Below are positions 24,618 to 37,735 of a stretch of DNA of 64,000 nt, piece by piece. Under the pieces are notes generated by a model, which had not been told where the DNA came from, made no database searches, and saw nothing but the letters and a program-made list of their open reading frames with translations. Source of the stretch: Octopus bimaculoides (taxonomy: Eukaryota); NCBI RefSeq assembly GCF_001194135.2, contig NC_068981.1, positions 31,638,591 to 31,702,590 of the forward strand, given 5' to 3'. The position numbers and the translations under genes are program-made. Within the stretch, counting starts at the first letter, position 1, and every line of letters starts with the position of its first letter.

Positions 24618-25990
24618 CATATAAAAAATTGCTATTGTATGAAAAATTCTTGCTCGTATCACCTTAAATAAAAATTAATAGTTATTAGATGACAACGTAA
24701 CAGAGTCAGTGCAGGCGACAGGATTTCATATAAAACCATATTGACACAAAGTGCTTATAGCTAAACTTTGTACACCATTTCATTTTTATCGACTTGACTA
24801 AGCTAATAAAAAAGCCCACAGTCGAGCAAAATGTCAAATACAGATGACTATGCAAATCCTCCCTAAGCGTATAATTCTCAAATAGTAGCATGGCAAGTAT
24901 GACATGTTCCTTACACTTTATCTTATGTTTTTCAACGTTCTTAAATGGAGCAATACAGAGAAGCCTCGGATACAGTCCTCTTTTAAAAGAATGCCTCGTG
25001 TGATTGCAAAAATATATTTTAGAATTTGAATGTTATATATATGTACCTAATTTTGCTATGAAGGCTTAGAATTTGACTTACTTAAATTTTGAAAATTTTA
25101 ACATCCTTTTCAGTAAATAATTCGCGCGCACACACGCACGCACACGCACGCACACGCACGCACGCACGCACGCACACACACACGCACACACACACACACT
25201 CACACACACACATAGATATCACTTGCATATTTTGAGTAATTCAGCAAAAGTATACTTTTGAAAGAGAAACTGTAAAAATATTATATCTGCCCAGTACCCG
25301 TCCCTAGCGGACTCCCAGGCATATTTCTGGCTCTTTAACCTCCTACAATGAGAGATAATGAAGAGTGAATCACTAGATACCTTCTAAAACAGTCAACATG
25401 GGTGACTGATTGAGTGGGCGAACCGCTTGTTCACATTAGATACAGTAATACAGTAGTGTCATTGCTAAGCAGTAATGAGAAATAAACGAACTTTAGTCTA
25501 ACTAAAATATGCTTATGATATTTTTAAACTTCTAAATGCAAATGCTCTGTAACACCCACAAGGGATTTGTTCACAGTTATGTTTAAAATTTGTAAAAATA
25601 CTATTTCTTCGTGTCTTGCCCGAGAGGACGCCCAGACGCGTAGCCTAAGCGAGAATCTCTTCTCCACAGTGACCGCAGTGAAATTACCTTCAGAAGTTCA
25701 AAGATGTCACAAACAAATTTTTACTAACCTTAAGGTCGTTTTTCTTCATACTACTTAGTATGCACGCATGTATGTATGTATGTATGTATGTATGTATTAT
25801 GTATGTATTATGTATGTATGTATGTATGTATGTATGTCATTATTCAGTTTTATTTCAAGATTTCTTGCAAATAGAAAAAGAACCGGTTTCTAACTTTGAT
25901 GCAAGGCTCTTTCAATGGAATTTCAACATCAATAACAGGTTATTTATGTATGTATGTATGTATGTATGTATGTATGTATGTATGTATGTA

Positions 25991-26034
<44 letters not shown>

Positions 26035-26857
26035 TGTGCAGATTTGTATGTTTTGTTGTATGTATATATTCTCATGCATATAGTTTCATACCTAGATATG
26101 CTCATATATACTTAAATAATAAATTTCTGGAAAGTTTCACAGATATTTTACGTTCCAGTAATGGAATGGATTTGTAGCCTTCGAATCAGCTTTCTCCTTT
26201 CTGGTTTTCTGAAGCCTAATTACTCAAGACTTGTATTTGGGCAATATGTTACATATCTCAGTGCCCCAATAATTACAGGTTTAAACCCGAACTTGTAATT
26301 TGTATAGAGTAACTACAGATTTCTCAATAGTTCAGCACAGGTGTTCTCTTTTTCACTGATCTTCAACTTTATGTTAACATTCGCTGTTAGCTGATTTACA
26401 CAAATGTACATAGTTTCTCTTCTGTATCCCAAATCATTATATCAAGTCTATTAAAGTTTTCACTGGAACGTTACACTAGTATTCCTCTTTATTATAAGTG
26501 GCTATGGATTTCTTTGTCCACGGTATTAATCTTTCGTCAGATCGCGTTATACAGTTTCCTAGCTACGACATCACGTCTCATCGGTAGGTAATACCTTGAT
26601 GACATTTTCGGATAATTGCTTATGATATGTGTTATATTTTCAGTGCTACCTCCACAAAGTCTGTATCGGTTTTCACATTTTAACGAAGAACTCTTTTTGA
26701 TAGAAAAGGTCAAATGCTGTCCGTTTTAAAGCCTAATATTTACATGCTCTTATATATATAACTTATGTGCTTCAAGGGGCATAGTTCTCAAAAATATATT
26801 TGTATATATTTATATATGTGTGTATAGATCTACTATATATTAATTACACTATATATA

Positions 26858-27082
26858 TAAGAAGGGGGCTGGAAATTCCTGGCTTTAAGTGTACTGTAAA
26901 AGGCCGGGTCAAAGGCCCAACATTCAGAATGCTTTTACAGGGCTTAGAAGAACTAAAGGAATGCTGCAATAAATCTGTGAATCTGACAGGGAAATATTTT
27001 GAATTAAATCATTATTAAATCATTATTAAATCCCCTGTTTTTCTTTTATCCAAAGTTAGAAACTTTCCAGTGCTTCCTCGTA
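26858..27082 (+). mobile_element. Mariner-derived MITE (internal deletion derivative) with TA target duplication
   Basis: Left TA-AGAAGGGGGCTGGAAATTCCTGGCTTT and right AAAGTTAGAAACTTTCCAGTGCTTCCTCG-TA are imperfect inverted termini; the interior encodes LQGLEELKECCNKSVNLTGKYFE, similar to a mariner transposase C-terminus. Confidence 0.8.
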
Positions 27083-27916
27083 TGTTTGCTGCCCCACTCC
27101 GAGCTTAACTACGGATAGAATCGTAGGTGCGTCTTATTAGTAACGGCATTTTTCGACCATGCGAATGGTATTTCCAACCATACTGGAAACGCAACTATAA
27201 CCCATATTCTCTAATGAATGGTTTTCCTTATCCGTGGCTCGTTGAGAATAATCTATTTCTTTTATTATGCCTAGTTAGTTTTTTTAAAGTAATATTAGAC
27301 TAATACGTAAAACGAAATGATGTTACCCAGATTAATGCCTTGGGTTAAGTATATAAGTATTTTAAATGTACACGCTAAAGCTCCTAGAGCTTAATTATAT
27401 CAAGCTTCTATAGATTTTATTGATGATATATTTAAGATTATACGAGGACTGTACATATCTATAATAATTAGGTTTTCTGTGCCTTTGTGTGTGGTTATGA
27501 TTTAGACACCATCTAAAGAAATTTAGGATACCGTGATTGGAGTTGAAAGTTATTCTTAGGTCAAAATGTTTGATAATATATTTTAAATATATTGTAGTAT
27601 ATGTCTGGGTCTGTGCAGGAATATACATCCAACACTTCTCTATGTATGACTGTGTGTTTTATTGTAAATTTATAATTTAGAATATTCAGAATATTAAGAA
27701 AAGATTTCTTATGGACATTGTGGTGTCTAACAGCCTAATTAACCTATGATTTTTTTTTTTTTAATAGAGGTAGATTATTTACTGAGCGGCACATTTTTCC
27801 ATTGAGGGCATAATTACATCTGTGTGAAAAAGATATAAAGGTTGAGAGTATGATAATTAAGAGTGGGTATATTAAGTGTTTTTTTCTACAATTCTTACTA
27901 AACTAAATGGTTTCAA

Positions 27917-28104
27917 TTTTTGCCACAAAGACAGTCATTTTGGGGAGGGGACGAGTCGATTACATTGACTCCAGTGTTCAACTGGTACTTATTTTATCGA
28001 CCCCGAAAGGATGAAAGGCAAAGTCAACTTCGGCGGAATTCGAACTTAGAATGAAGCGGCAGACGAAATACCGCTAAGCATTTCGCCCGGCACGCTAACG
28101 ATTC
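27917..28104 (-). mobile_element. SINE family B copy (GGGGAGGGG-type 3' end), head truncated
   Basis: GGTACTTATTTTATCGACCCCGAAAGGATGAAAGGCAAAGTC...AAATACCGCTAAGCATTTCGCCCGG. Confidence 0.88.
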
Positions 28105-28338
28105 TTGTTTCTTTATTGCCCACTAGAGGCTAAACATAGAGGGGACAAACAAGGACAGACAAAGGGATTAAGTCGATTACATCGACTCCAGTGTGCAACT
28201 GGTACTTAATTTATCGACCCCGAAAGGATGAAAGGTAAAGTTGACCTCGGCAGATTTTGAACTCAGAACGTAGCGGCAGACTAACTACCGTTAAGCATTT
28301 CACCCAGCATGCTAACGATTCTGCCAGCTCACCGCCTT
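28105..28338 (-). mobile_element. SINE family B copy with a different 3' end
   Basis: Same core as the adjacent copy; the 3' part is TTGTTTCTTTATTGCCCACTAGAGGCTAAACATAGAGGGGACAAACAAGGACAGACAAAGGGATT; the head ends CTGCCAGCTCACCGCCTT. Confidence 0.88.
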
Positions 28339-31063
28339 CTTACGAAACTAAATAACGACTACACTAATCTTATTGCATTGCTGAGATTTCGTTGACTTTC
28401 TTTTGTTATTTTTAGTATTGTGTGTGATTAATTCTATTTATGGTTATGATTTCAAGTATATTTATTAATTTGCATGTTGATTAGATTCATATTTCGTGTT
28501 TGACTAGATATTTTAATTTATTGTCTAATCAACCTTTATTAACAGTAATTCTTGCTTAATTTTTTTTATGATGTTGAATACTTGTACGTAAGCCATCTTC
28601 TATTTGTATAATATTTTCAGTTAGAGTTTAAGTTAATAAAAATGCTTCTCTTCGGCACGAAATGTGATTATTCTTGGTCCATACGGTTACAATATATGAT
28701 TGTAACGTTATTAGAATATACAACTATAATATCGAAGATAATATATGAAATATCATTACTACAGAAACAAATAAGCAATAGGAAACATTCGTGATAAAAA
28801 AAAATGATATAATACAAGAAATAATCGAAACACATAATAAACGATTATAACACGAGTCTTGTCTCCAAAACAACAGCAACAAAAAAATGAGAAAGTAAGA
28901 CTGGTATCCTGGTGTCCAGTAACAATGCATGAACTCAAAATATTCGAACGAGGAAAACACCATGGAAGCAAATGACTAATGCAAAACTCGTATGACCAAT
29001 GTGATAATTAGAATAATCCTGCTGGCGAACAATGCACTTACGAATAAGGCCTCATTACAAAATGCAATATAATACAAAGCAGATGGGAAAAGATGAAAAA
29101 CAAAAGTTGTAGGAGACTTCATGTATTTTCATACAATACTGAATGAAAAAATACCCATGGATTTCTTTTGATATCTTAACGCAAATCAGTGATTAAATAG
29201 CCGCGAGCAACTGACGCACTGCACACACACAGACACACACACGCACACACGCACACATGCACACACACAAACACACACACATACACACACATACACATAT
29301 AAATATATACACATAAACACGGGCACACATCGCACTGTCGAAAAAATACAAGAACACTTATCAAGCACTATTGTCTCAATCCAAATCCTCAAATACATAA
29401 ATGTTCATATACGCCTGAACACATACATATAAGTATACATATATATATATATATATATGTATGTATATATACAATACATATAATATATATACTTGAATAT
29501 GTGTATATATATGTATGTGCGAGTGTGATGTGCGTATGTATGTGTGAGAGCATATAATACACATAGTCTGATAGATAAAGTGACGGATAGATTTACAAAG
29601 AGACATGTAAATGTTTTAATAGATATGTGGGAACAGAGAATAATATATCTACACAGTAACATAACTGGAGATAGCAGTTAAACTGAGGAAAGAAATAATA
29701 AAAAATAGCTTTAACAAAACAAGAAACCAACAAATACAAAACATACATGCTCAATAGAGAAAAAGAAAATATGGAAGAAAGCATTAGAAGAAAGAACAAC
29801 TAATGATGACATATATGTCCTGAAAGGAAAATACGTTAATACTAAAGTGACTCCACCATTCGTGCTTGTTGGATGAAATCCACAAGACATGAGGTACATT
29901 ATCTCGCCGTTAATATTGTAGCTGCCAGCTTCGACATCACACGCAGGAGTTGTTACCCCTGAAACCAAAGAATAGTGTGACAAAAGCATTCAATAATTCA
30001 TTAATGTCACTAATCATCGCTTCTTTATCTGCTGCTGCCGTTATTGATGTTGTCTTTGTTCTTGTTATTAGTGTTGTCTTTTACTTTGCTTTTTATTATA
30101 GTTTTTGTTTTCTTTTTTTTCCTTTTTTGGTAGCTGCTAATAATTTAGTTGCTTTTATCAGTAGCTTTGACAGCATTTGTTTTAGTGGTTGGTTCCGGGA
30201 TGAAAGGCGTTGCCTACGCAAGAAAGACCGTTCTGTTTAAGAAGAGGAAGAACGTGAAAAAAACGTCTCCTTAAAACTTGCTACTATGGCAGTGGTGGTC
30301 GTTATCTTCATTTTGCTGTTTTTGTGGTTGATGTTGTCGTTAATGATAATAGTTTGGTCGTTGCTGTTGATAATGATAATGAGAGAAAGAATATTGATTA
30401 TGGTAATGTTGAAGCTGATGACCAAACATGATAACGACATCCATGACGATGACGACGGAGTCACTAATACTGATGATGACAATGATACCATTCGTTGATT
30501 TTTATTTAGTATGTATTATATTGAAAGAGGCACACGGTTTGCTGTTGATAGCTTTTTGATGCAGATTCTGATAATGAATATAATCATAACTACAGCTGCT
30601 GCTACTACTGATGATGAAGATGGCAACGATCACGACGAAGGGGTAAAGGAGGTGGAGAAAGAAGGGGAGGGAGAGAGACAGACAGACAGATGAAACTACA
30701 TGAATAACAATGAATGAAGATCTTTAATGCCACTCACAACTGTAACAAAGTAGGAAATGATAGCCTATAACTCAAGATTTTGAAAACATTAGCTCTGAAA
30801 CAAGCTGAACTTCTCTTAGGTACATAAGTTTAGTAAACTTTAAAATATACAATGAGCGCAATATTTCGTCTTATGATATCAATTTCCAGATACGTAAAAA
30901 TACGTAAAAAAATTTCATTCAATATTGCATTCACTCAGTATGTAAGTATATGTATACATAGTTATTTATTTATTTATGTAACACTTAGTGAATAATCATA
31001 TATCAACAGTAAAAATCGAAACAATCTTCTTTATCTTAGACACCTGAGTTATATAACAATATT

Positions 31064-31296
31064 CTTTTCTACTCTAGGCACAAGGCCCGAAATTTTGTTG
31101 GGGAAGGAGCCACTCGATTAGATCGATACTAGTACGCAACTGGCACCTAATTTATCGAGCACGAAAGGATGAAAGTCAAAATCAAAGTCAAAGTCGACCT
31201 CGGCGGAATTTGAACTCAGAACACGAAGACAGACAAAATACCGCTAAGCATTTCACCCGGTATGCTAACGTTTCTGGCAGCTCACCACCTTGGGTC
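31064..31296 (-). mobile_element. Full-length SINE family B copy with 13-bp target-site duplication
   Basis: ATATAACAATATT at 31051-31063 and 31297-31309 flanks a complete head-core-tail copy. Confidence 0.88.
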
Positions 31297-32248
31297 ATAT
31301 AACAATATTAATCCAGTAAATCTTCCAGTGAATAACTTATGACGCTCAAAATCAAATTTTCGATGTGCAAAAGTATTTACAGGTGAATATTTTGTATTCA
31401 AAGATTATTTAGGATTAACGAGAAATGAATTTAAATGAATGTTTAATCAGCATCTACAGTGTTTCAAATATCTCGAAAAGGTTTTTGAACTCATTTCTAA
31501 TCAAAACACATATGGTCTTTGAAAATTTGCGTCAGACTATGATATTACATAACATTACTGGGGGCAGTGGTTGTACTATGCCAACAATAATACGTATATT
31601 TGTTATATTAAGTAACTTTTGATATCAGACATGTCCCCAAATTAACTACCGATTAGTTTATCTATTGTCTTGACAAATAAACTATAGATCAGTCGGAAAG
31701 TACCTTTCTCTAATGCTGTTTACTAACTTTAAAAAGGTGAATGAGGATCGAAAATTGGCTCTTAAATGTTATGAATTTACCGTTTTATGGAAATTCTTAA
31801 ATAAACGTACTGAAATTTATCTTTTCGTCGTGAACATCATAAATTTTGAAATACCTATTGGCAAAAAGCCGGATGCTACTTGATACAATTATTCACGCTT
31901 AAAAAAAGTTTTAAATGTCGCTTTATGCAGAGTGGATCCTTTACTTTTTGTTGTCCTATACGGTAACTACAACTTGGTGAATAATTGCTAAACTTTTAAG
32001 ATAAACTTAGACATTGTATCACATAGTAAGTATATCAATACACCAAATCGTTTACTCAAATGCTATAGTTTGTGAAGTACATAAATTATATAAATGCAAC
32101 ACTATAAATGAATTCTTTATAAAGATTGAACACTGTAGTTTAATGAGGTGAATTCACCTTAGATTATATTAGATAAATATATGTGAGTGGAAGCCGTTCT
32201 CATGCGTTTATATATACATACCTACCTACACACACGCGTGTGCATGTT

Positions 32249-32296
<48 letters not shown>

Positions 32297-33276
32297 TGTA
32301 TGTATGTATGTATGTATGTGTGTGTGTATGTATGCGTGCGTTTGTGTTTATGTGTGTGTATACATATATACTTACATGCACGCACACATATATCTAATTA
32401 GCTATGTATGCATGCAGATTTCCAGTTCATAAATTCCTGGAAAGACTATGATGTGTATTGGAGATCTCAATATGTTTGGGGTACTGTTGTATTAAAGTTT
32501 ACTAAGTGAAACCCATTTTCTTGATGTCAATTACTCATTAACTAATATATTTCTAATTAAATGTACTTCATTCTCAGACAGGTTTCAACATTTGTCATAA
32601 TTTAAGAAGTTATATGAAGTATTTTTATGATAACGTACTTATTCTTAAATGCTATAATATGTGAAGTTAGTTCAAATTTGGCGTGACTCTCTCTTCCTTA
32701 TAGGAGTATGTGGAATTAAATCGTTAACTTTGGCATTTCTCCTACTTCTATGTTTAAATGAAGATTTATGCTTGACGCAAATAAATGTAGAATTTAATAC
32801 GTGGTAAACACTGAAGGGCGTTAATTGCTTTGCAACTCCTTGTCTTGAGATTAAAAACTCACTAGATATCTGTTATTTTAAACAGGAATAAGCCATTTCG
32901 ATCTTAGAAGGATAAATGGTTTAACTGAAGAGAAGACAGTGAAAGGAAGCTAAGGAAAAGCTCAAATAAAGTACAGCATCAAACGCAGAAGTTGACAACC
33001 AGCTAAGAAGGAGATAAGATGATAAATTGATCCACAATCGGTAAAAAAAAAGAAAACACATCAAGATACCAACAACGAATAAAACAATATTCACGAAACT
33101 GGCTCAATAGAAATAATGAAAGAAAACGTTAGCAACAAGGGAACAATAAGGATGAACATCACGTGGATGATATAACGAACACAGAAGCAGAGAATAACTT
33201 TTGCTCGGTTATTTGGAGTGAAGAGTTTCAATATTACAATGAAGTGAACTTCTTTTGAAGTTTAAAAGAAAAGAAA

Positions 33277-33454
33277 ATATGGTAAGACAGTGGTCAGGCT
33301 GTGGCAGGTCGGACCTGCAGCTTCCTGTAGGTGCAAGTTCCATGAGTCGGAGTAGCTGTTCCAGGGTGATTCTCACACCATCCTCCGGTGTGCAACAGCT
33401 ATTCCATTAGATCTAACAGAACCATGCGGCGGATTGACTAAAAAAAGAAAAAGA
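33277..33454 (+). mobile_element. Unidentified GC-rich structured insertion with A-rich tail (putative retroposed RNA or SINE)
   Basis: GC-rich island with nested hairpins, A-rich tail from 33440, and AAAAGAAAAGAAA on both sides (33264-33276, 33455-33467). Confidence 0.4.
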
Positions 33455-33859
33455 AAAAGAAAAGAAACATCAGTAGATTTGAATTCTCATTTTGTAAACA
33501 GTTGTTCAATCATTGACTTCACTTTTGCTTTGTCTGGAACAACGACAGCAATCTTAGCGATGAGAAGTGTCATGAGAGCCTCTCGGAACAGTTCTTAATA
33601 TGTAAATATTATGGAAGCAGAAATGAAAAGGATTATTATAATACATTAATTGGAAAATCTCTGGACTTGAATTTTCAGAGATTTAGGATAAAAATTCTCG
33701 GAAACACGCTCAACCTATAATCCGCTGTTTTTCTGACTCTATTGAAAATGAATCACCAGTATATATGAGAAAAGGAAGTGCAGTGCTCATACGGAAGGAC
33801 TTAAAACTTAGAATAGATAAAAAGGGGAACTTTGTAGCCTAATACACGTCTAATATTGC

Positions 33860-34237
33860 TCTAGAAATTACCAACTAGTCGCAACACATTGCAAATGAAT
33901 TGTTTAGTTTTATTTTTTCCTTTGACAATCCCATATGAAAGTAGAGTCTATATCGAGGAAATTGAGACAAGTAAAAAGTATCAGAATTTGGTCACAATGA
34001 TGTCTGGATTGGGGAACAGAAAGTTAACAAATGCTCCTTGGCACTTACTACACTCGGAACAACACAAATATTTGCCAATCAGAAGAAATGCACCATCTCA
34101 TATTCTATAAGAATATAAAGAATGACTCATTAGATTTAGAAAGAAGACTTACTGTCACCAAATCTTTGGATTATGTCCTTGCTAAATGGCATGTAATTAC
34201 ATTTAAACAACAGCAAATTCATCCAGCACAGGAGTAA
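33860..34237 (+). pseudogene. Possible highly degraded RLE-endonuclease fragment of a non-LTR retrotransposon
   Basis: LTIPYESRVYIEEIETSKKYQNLVTMMSGLG resembles the LTVPxE...K..KY..L motif of RLE domains; similarity judged by eye only. Confidence 0.3.
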
Positions 34238-34436
34238 TTAAAAAAGGCATCGGAGGGGCGGTGCGTACTCTGCGTGCAGATACATTGTTTTGCAAATTAC
34301 GATGCGTTGTTTACCTGTGTTTTTAATTGAAGTGAAGTTTTTGTTTCTTTTTCAAGTATCTCCATTATAGGTATTTATACTCCTGTGAAATTAAGAAATT
34401 AACTCGTAAATAAAAGAAACCCTCGAACCCATCACT

Positions 34437-34481
<45 letters not shown>

Positions 34482-35074
34482 AAAGCGCATTGTGACCAGC
34501 AGTATATATGAAACACCCGCACGTCTGGATGATATAGCGATAGAGTGATANNNNNNNNNNNNNNNNNNNNNNNNNNNNNNNNNNNNNNNNNNNNNNNNNN
34601 NNNNNNNNNNNNNNNNNNNNNNNNNNNNNNNNNNNNNNNNNNNNNNNNNNNNNNNNNNNNNNNNNNNNNNNNNNNNNNNNNNNNNNNNNNNNNNNNNNNN
34701 NNNNNNNNNNNNNNNNNNNNNNNNNNNNNNNNNNNNNNNNNNNNNNNNNNNNNNNNNNNNNTATATATAAAATATATATATAAGGAAGGCCACTAAGAGG
34801 ACTGCTAATTTGATAGAAGATCACATGTCATGTGTCTACTAAGTCCGAATAATTCTCAAAGGGAATTTAACGAAGTAACAAAAACGTAAAACGGGCAAGA
34901 CCAGTGAAAATTACATAAAAAATACCATTATCTGTAAATATGTTTCGAAATCAATACATTCTTACCGAAAGTATCTGTTTCTCATCAGTACAGACCGTTG
35001 AGTAAATACAATTTTACAGGATCGCACACTAGTTCTACGCCACAAGAGTAGAGCACGTGTGTACGGTTCTGTTA

Positions 35075-35582
35075 AATCTGCTTATGTCGACTACATCGAC
35101 CTTCATGCTCAACTGATACTTATGAAAAGCAAAATCAGCTGAACGTAAGACGAACGAAATGCCGCTAAGCATTTGTCCAACGTGCTAACAATCCTAGCAG
35201 CTCGCAGCCTTACTCTCTACTATAGTAACACGGCTTGGAATTTCTTGGGAGGCGCTAGTCGATTATATCGACTCCAATCCTTAACTTATACTTATTTCGT
35301 CGACCCCACGAAAACGATGAAAGACAATGTCAACATCGTGGTTATTTGAACTCAGAATATAAAGTGCTGGAACAACAACAACAACAACAATAATAACGAT
35401 TTCAGGGAGGGGTAAGTCTATGACATCGACCCTAGTACTAAACCGATACTTATTTTATCGACCCCGAAAGAATGAGAGGCGAAGTCGACCACGGTGGCAA
35501 TTGATCTCAGAATGTCAAGACGGCCGAAATACCGCTAAGCATTTTTCCCGTTTTGCTATCGATTCGGCCAACTCGCCACCTT
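35075..35582 (-). mobile_element. Three tandem degenerate SINE family B copies or fragments
   Basis: Recurrent blocks GCCGCTAAGCATTT (about 35160 and 35530), TCGACCCC, GAACTCAGAA/GATCTCAGAA, separated by short (AAC/AAT)n runs. Confidence 0.75.
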
Positions 35583-35699
35583 AATAATAATAATCATAAA
35601 AGAACAACAAATTGCCTTTTGAGTGATATTTAGTAGTGAACCAGAAAAACGAGATTACATAAAAAAGTTTACTAGCAATAAGCAATAAAGTATTACATG

Positions 35700-36256
35700 A
35701 TGCGATGAAGGATGTTAGGGAACAAAGACGGGCTGGTCAGAGGAACCGAATTAAGATCAAGAAGCGAATATAAAAGATTGAGCAAGAAGAAACTATAATG
35801 GCCGTACGAAAGTTACTGCAAAGGACTACAGGTCCAGACGCAATACCCGTTGAAGAAGAGAATCAGTAGCGTTTGGATATGGAACGAAGAAACGTACTAT
35901 CTGAAGAATACTTTAGTGTACCTCAAACTGAGGAGTCATCGGAAGAAATTAGCCCAGTATATATTAATCTATACGGATAAAAAGCACAACATAACAGACC
36001 AAATACCACTCTCCTATGGAAGGAGTTCAACGTGTGGGCCTTCCACGACGTAGTTACACGTGTATACCAAAATATTGTAAAGACAGTGAAAGAGAATGTG
36101 GAAAATACTAAAACCTATCATTGGAAATGAAACACAACTCTATAGACTCAAACGTAAGGGTGATAACTAATAATTATCAGTGTTCTTGGGACCACTGCAA
36201 ACAAATCAATGTCCTGATGTGTAAAGCTGAAAATAATGACGACAATAATAATAATG
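35700..36256 (+). pseudogene. Degraded non-LTR retrotransposon fragments (RT N-terminal motif plus RLE domain), short (AAT)n end
   Basis: EETIMAVRKLLQRTTGPDAIPVEE (about 35787-35858) and KAQHNRPNTTL...FHDVV...NIVKTVKENVE (about 35980-36110) resemble GPDxIP and HNRPDI...IDV...KEKIEKY motifs; the segment ends AATAATGACGACAATAATAATAAT. Confidence 0.5.
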
Positions 36257-36382
36257 TTTAAAAGAATAATGCTTTAATGCATGGAGAGTTTCTTTATTTA
36301 ATGTTTAACTCTCTTATATAAGTACGCATAAAAAAAGCATCCTCGGATATGAGTAAACTATATATGTTTGTATCTATGTGTA

Positions 36383-36414
<32 letters not shown>

Positions 36415-37014
36415 NNNNNNNNNNNNNNNNNNNNNNNNNNNNNNNNNNNNNNNNNNNNNNNNNNNNNNNNNNNNNNNNNNNNNNNNNNNNNNNNNNNNNN
36501 NNNNNNNNNNNNNNNNNNNNNNNNNNNNNNNNNNNNNNNNNNNNNNNNNNNNNNNNNNNNNNNNNNNNNNNNNNNNNNNNNNNNNNNNNNNNNNNNNNNN
36601 NNNNNNNNNNNNNNNNNNNNNNNNNNNNNNNNNNNNNNNNNNNNNNNNNNNNNNNNNNNNNNNNNNNNNNNNNNNNNNNNNNNNNNNNNNNNNNNNNNNN
36701 NNNNNNNNNNNNNNNNNNNNNNNNNNNNNNNNNNNNNNNNNNNNNNNNNNNNNNNNNNNNNNNNNNNNNNNNNNNNNNNNNNNNNNNNNNNNNNNNNNNN
36801 NNNNNNNNNNNNNNNNNNNNNNNNNNNNNNNNNNNNNNNNNNNNNNNNNNNNNNNNNNNNNNNNNNNNNNNNNNNNNNNNNNNNNNNNNNNNNNNNNNNN
36901 NNNNNNNNNNNNNNNNNNNNNNNNNNNNNNNNNNNNNNNNNNNNNNNNNNNNNNNNNNNNNNNNNNNNNNNNNNNNNNNNNNNNNNNNNNNNNNNNNNNN
37001 NNNNNNNNNNNNNN

Positions 37015-37052
<38 letters not shown>

Positions 37053-37695
37053 TATATGGACTAAAATTATTTCGCCAGTTAAAAATTAATTGCGACGCAT
37101 TTTTTAAATTTTCCAAGCATTGCAGTTATAAAGTATCAGAATAGATTTGTCTAAAGATTGTAGCCTGGAGGCACTAAATACAAAAGTAATATTTAGATGG
37201 CAGAGCTTCAAATTAGTAAGATTAATGGTATTTCTCAAACATCGACACTTACTTGTCTTAGTAATGAGAGGGTAATAAAATATCTGTGAATATGCCTGCC
37301 AGCAACGAGATGTGCTTGCAACGCGTTCTAAATTGTGTTAGGTTCGCTGATTTTCATATACACATGTAATAATCATTTGTTATCCGTTGTAGGTTAAATG
37401 CTTCAATAAAAATATAAAAGAACAATAGAGGAAAACAGTGATTAATAATTGGAAAAGCTGGCAGTAATCTGATACGTTAAGTTGAGAAAAATATTTTGAT
37501 CGAACACTTTATAGATGAGAAAGAATATGATCGCAGACGATAGTAAATAGAACGCAATAAAAGGAATCGGTGTTGATATGCATATAAAAGTATCTGCTTT
37601 ATCTTTATTACTATATCTTATGTATTGATCTATCAATCAATCTATCTATCTATCTGTATATCTATCTATCTATTAATGAATGTGTGGGTGTGTCT

Positions 37696-37735
<40 letters not shown>

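Noticed and set aside
26644-26708. Possible next exon after 24451 (phase-compatible, LPPQSLYRFSHFNEELFLIEK)
   Set aside because: The acceptor is good but the donor (GTCAAA) is weak and the peptide shows no recognisable similarity; insufficient support.
29810-29840. TYFPF resembling a Cys-loop receptor signature
   Set aside because: Cysteine spacing is wrong and the codons are simply a pyrimidine tract (TATTTTCCTTTCAG).
33300-33400. HDV-like ribozyme (GGTCCGACCT and a 7-nt loop hairpin)
   Set aside because: The two motifs lie on opposite strands and the nested double pseudoknot cannot be built.
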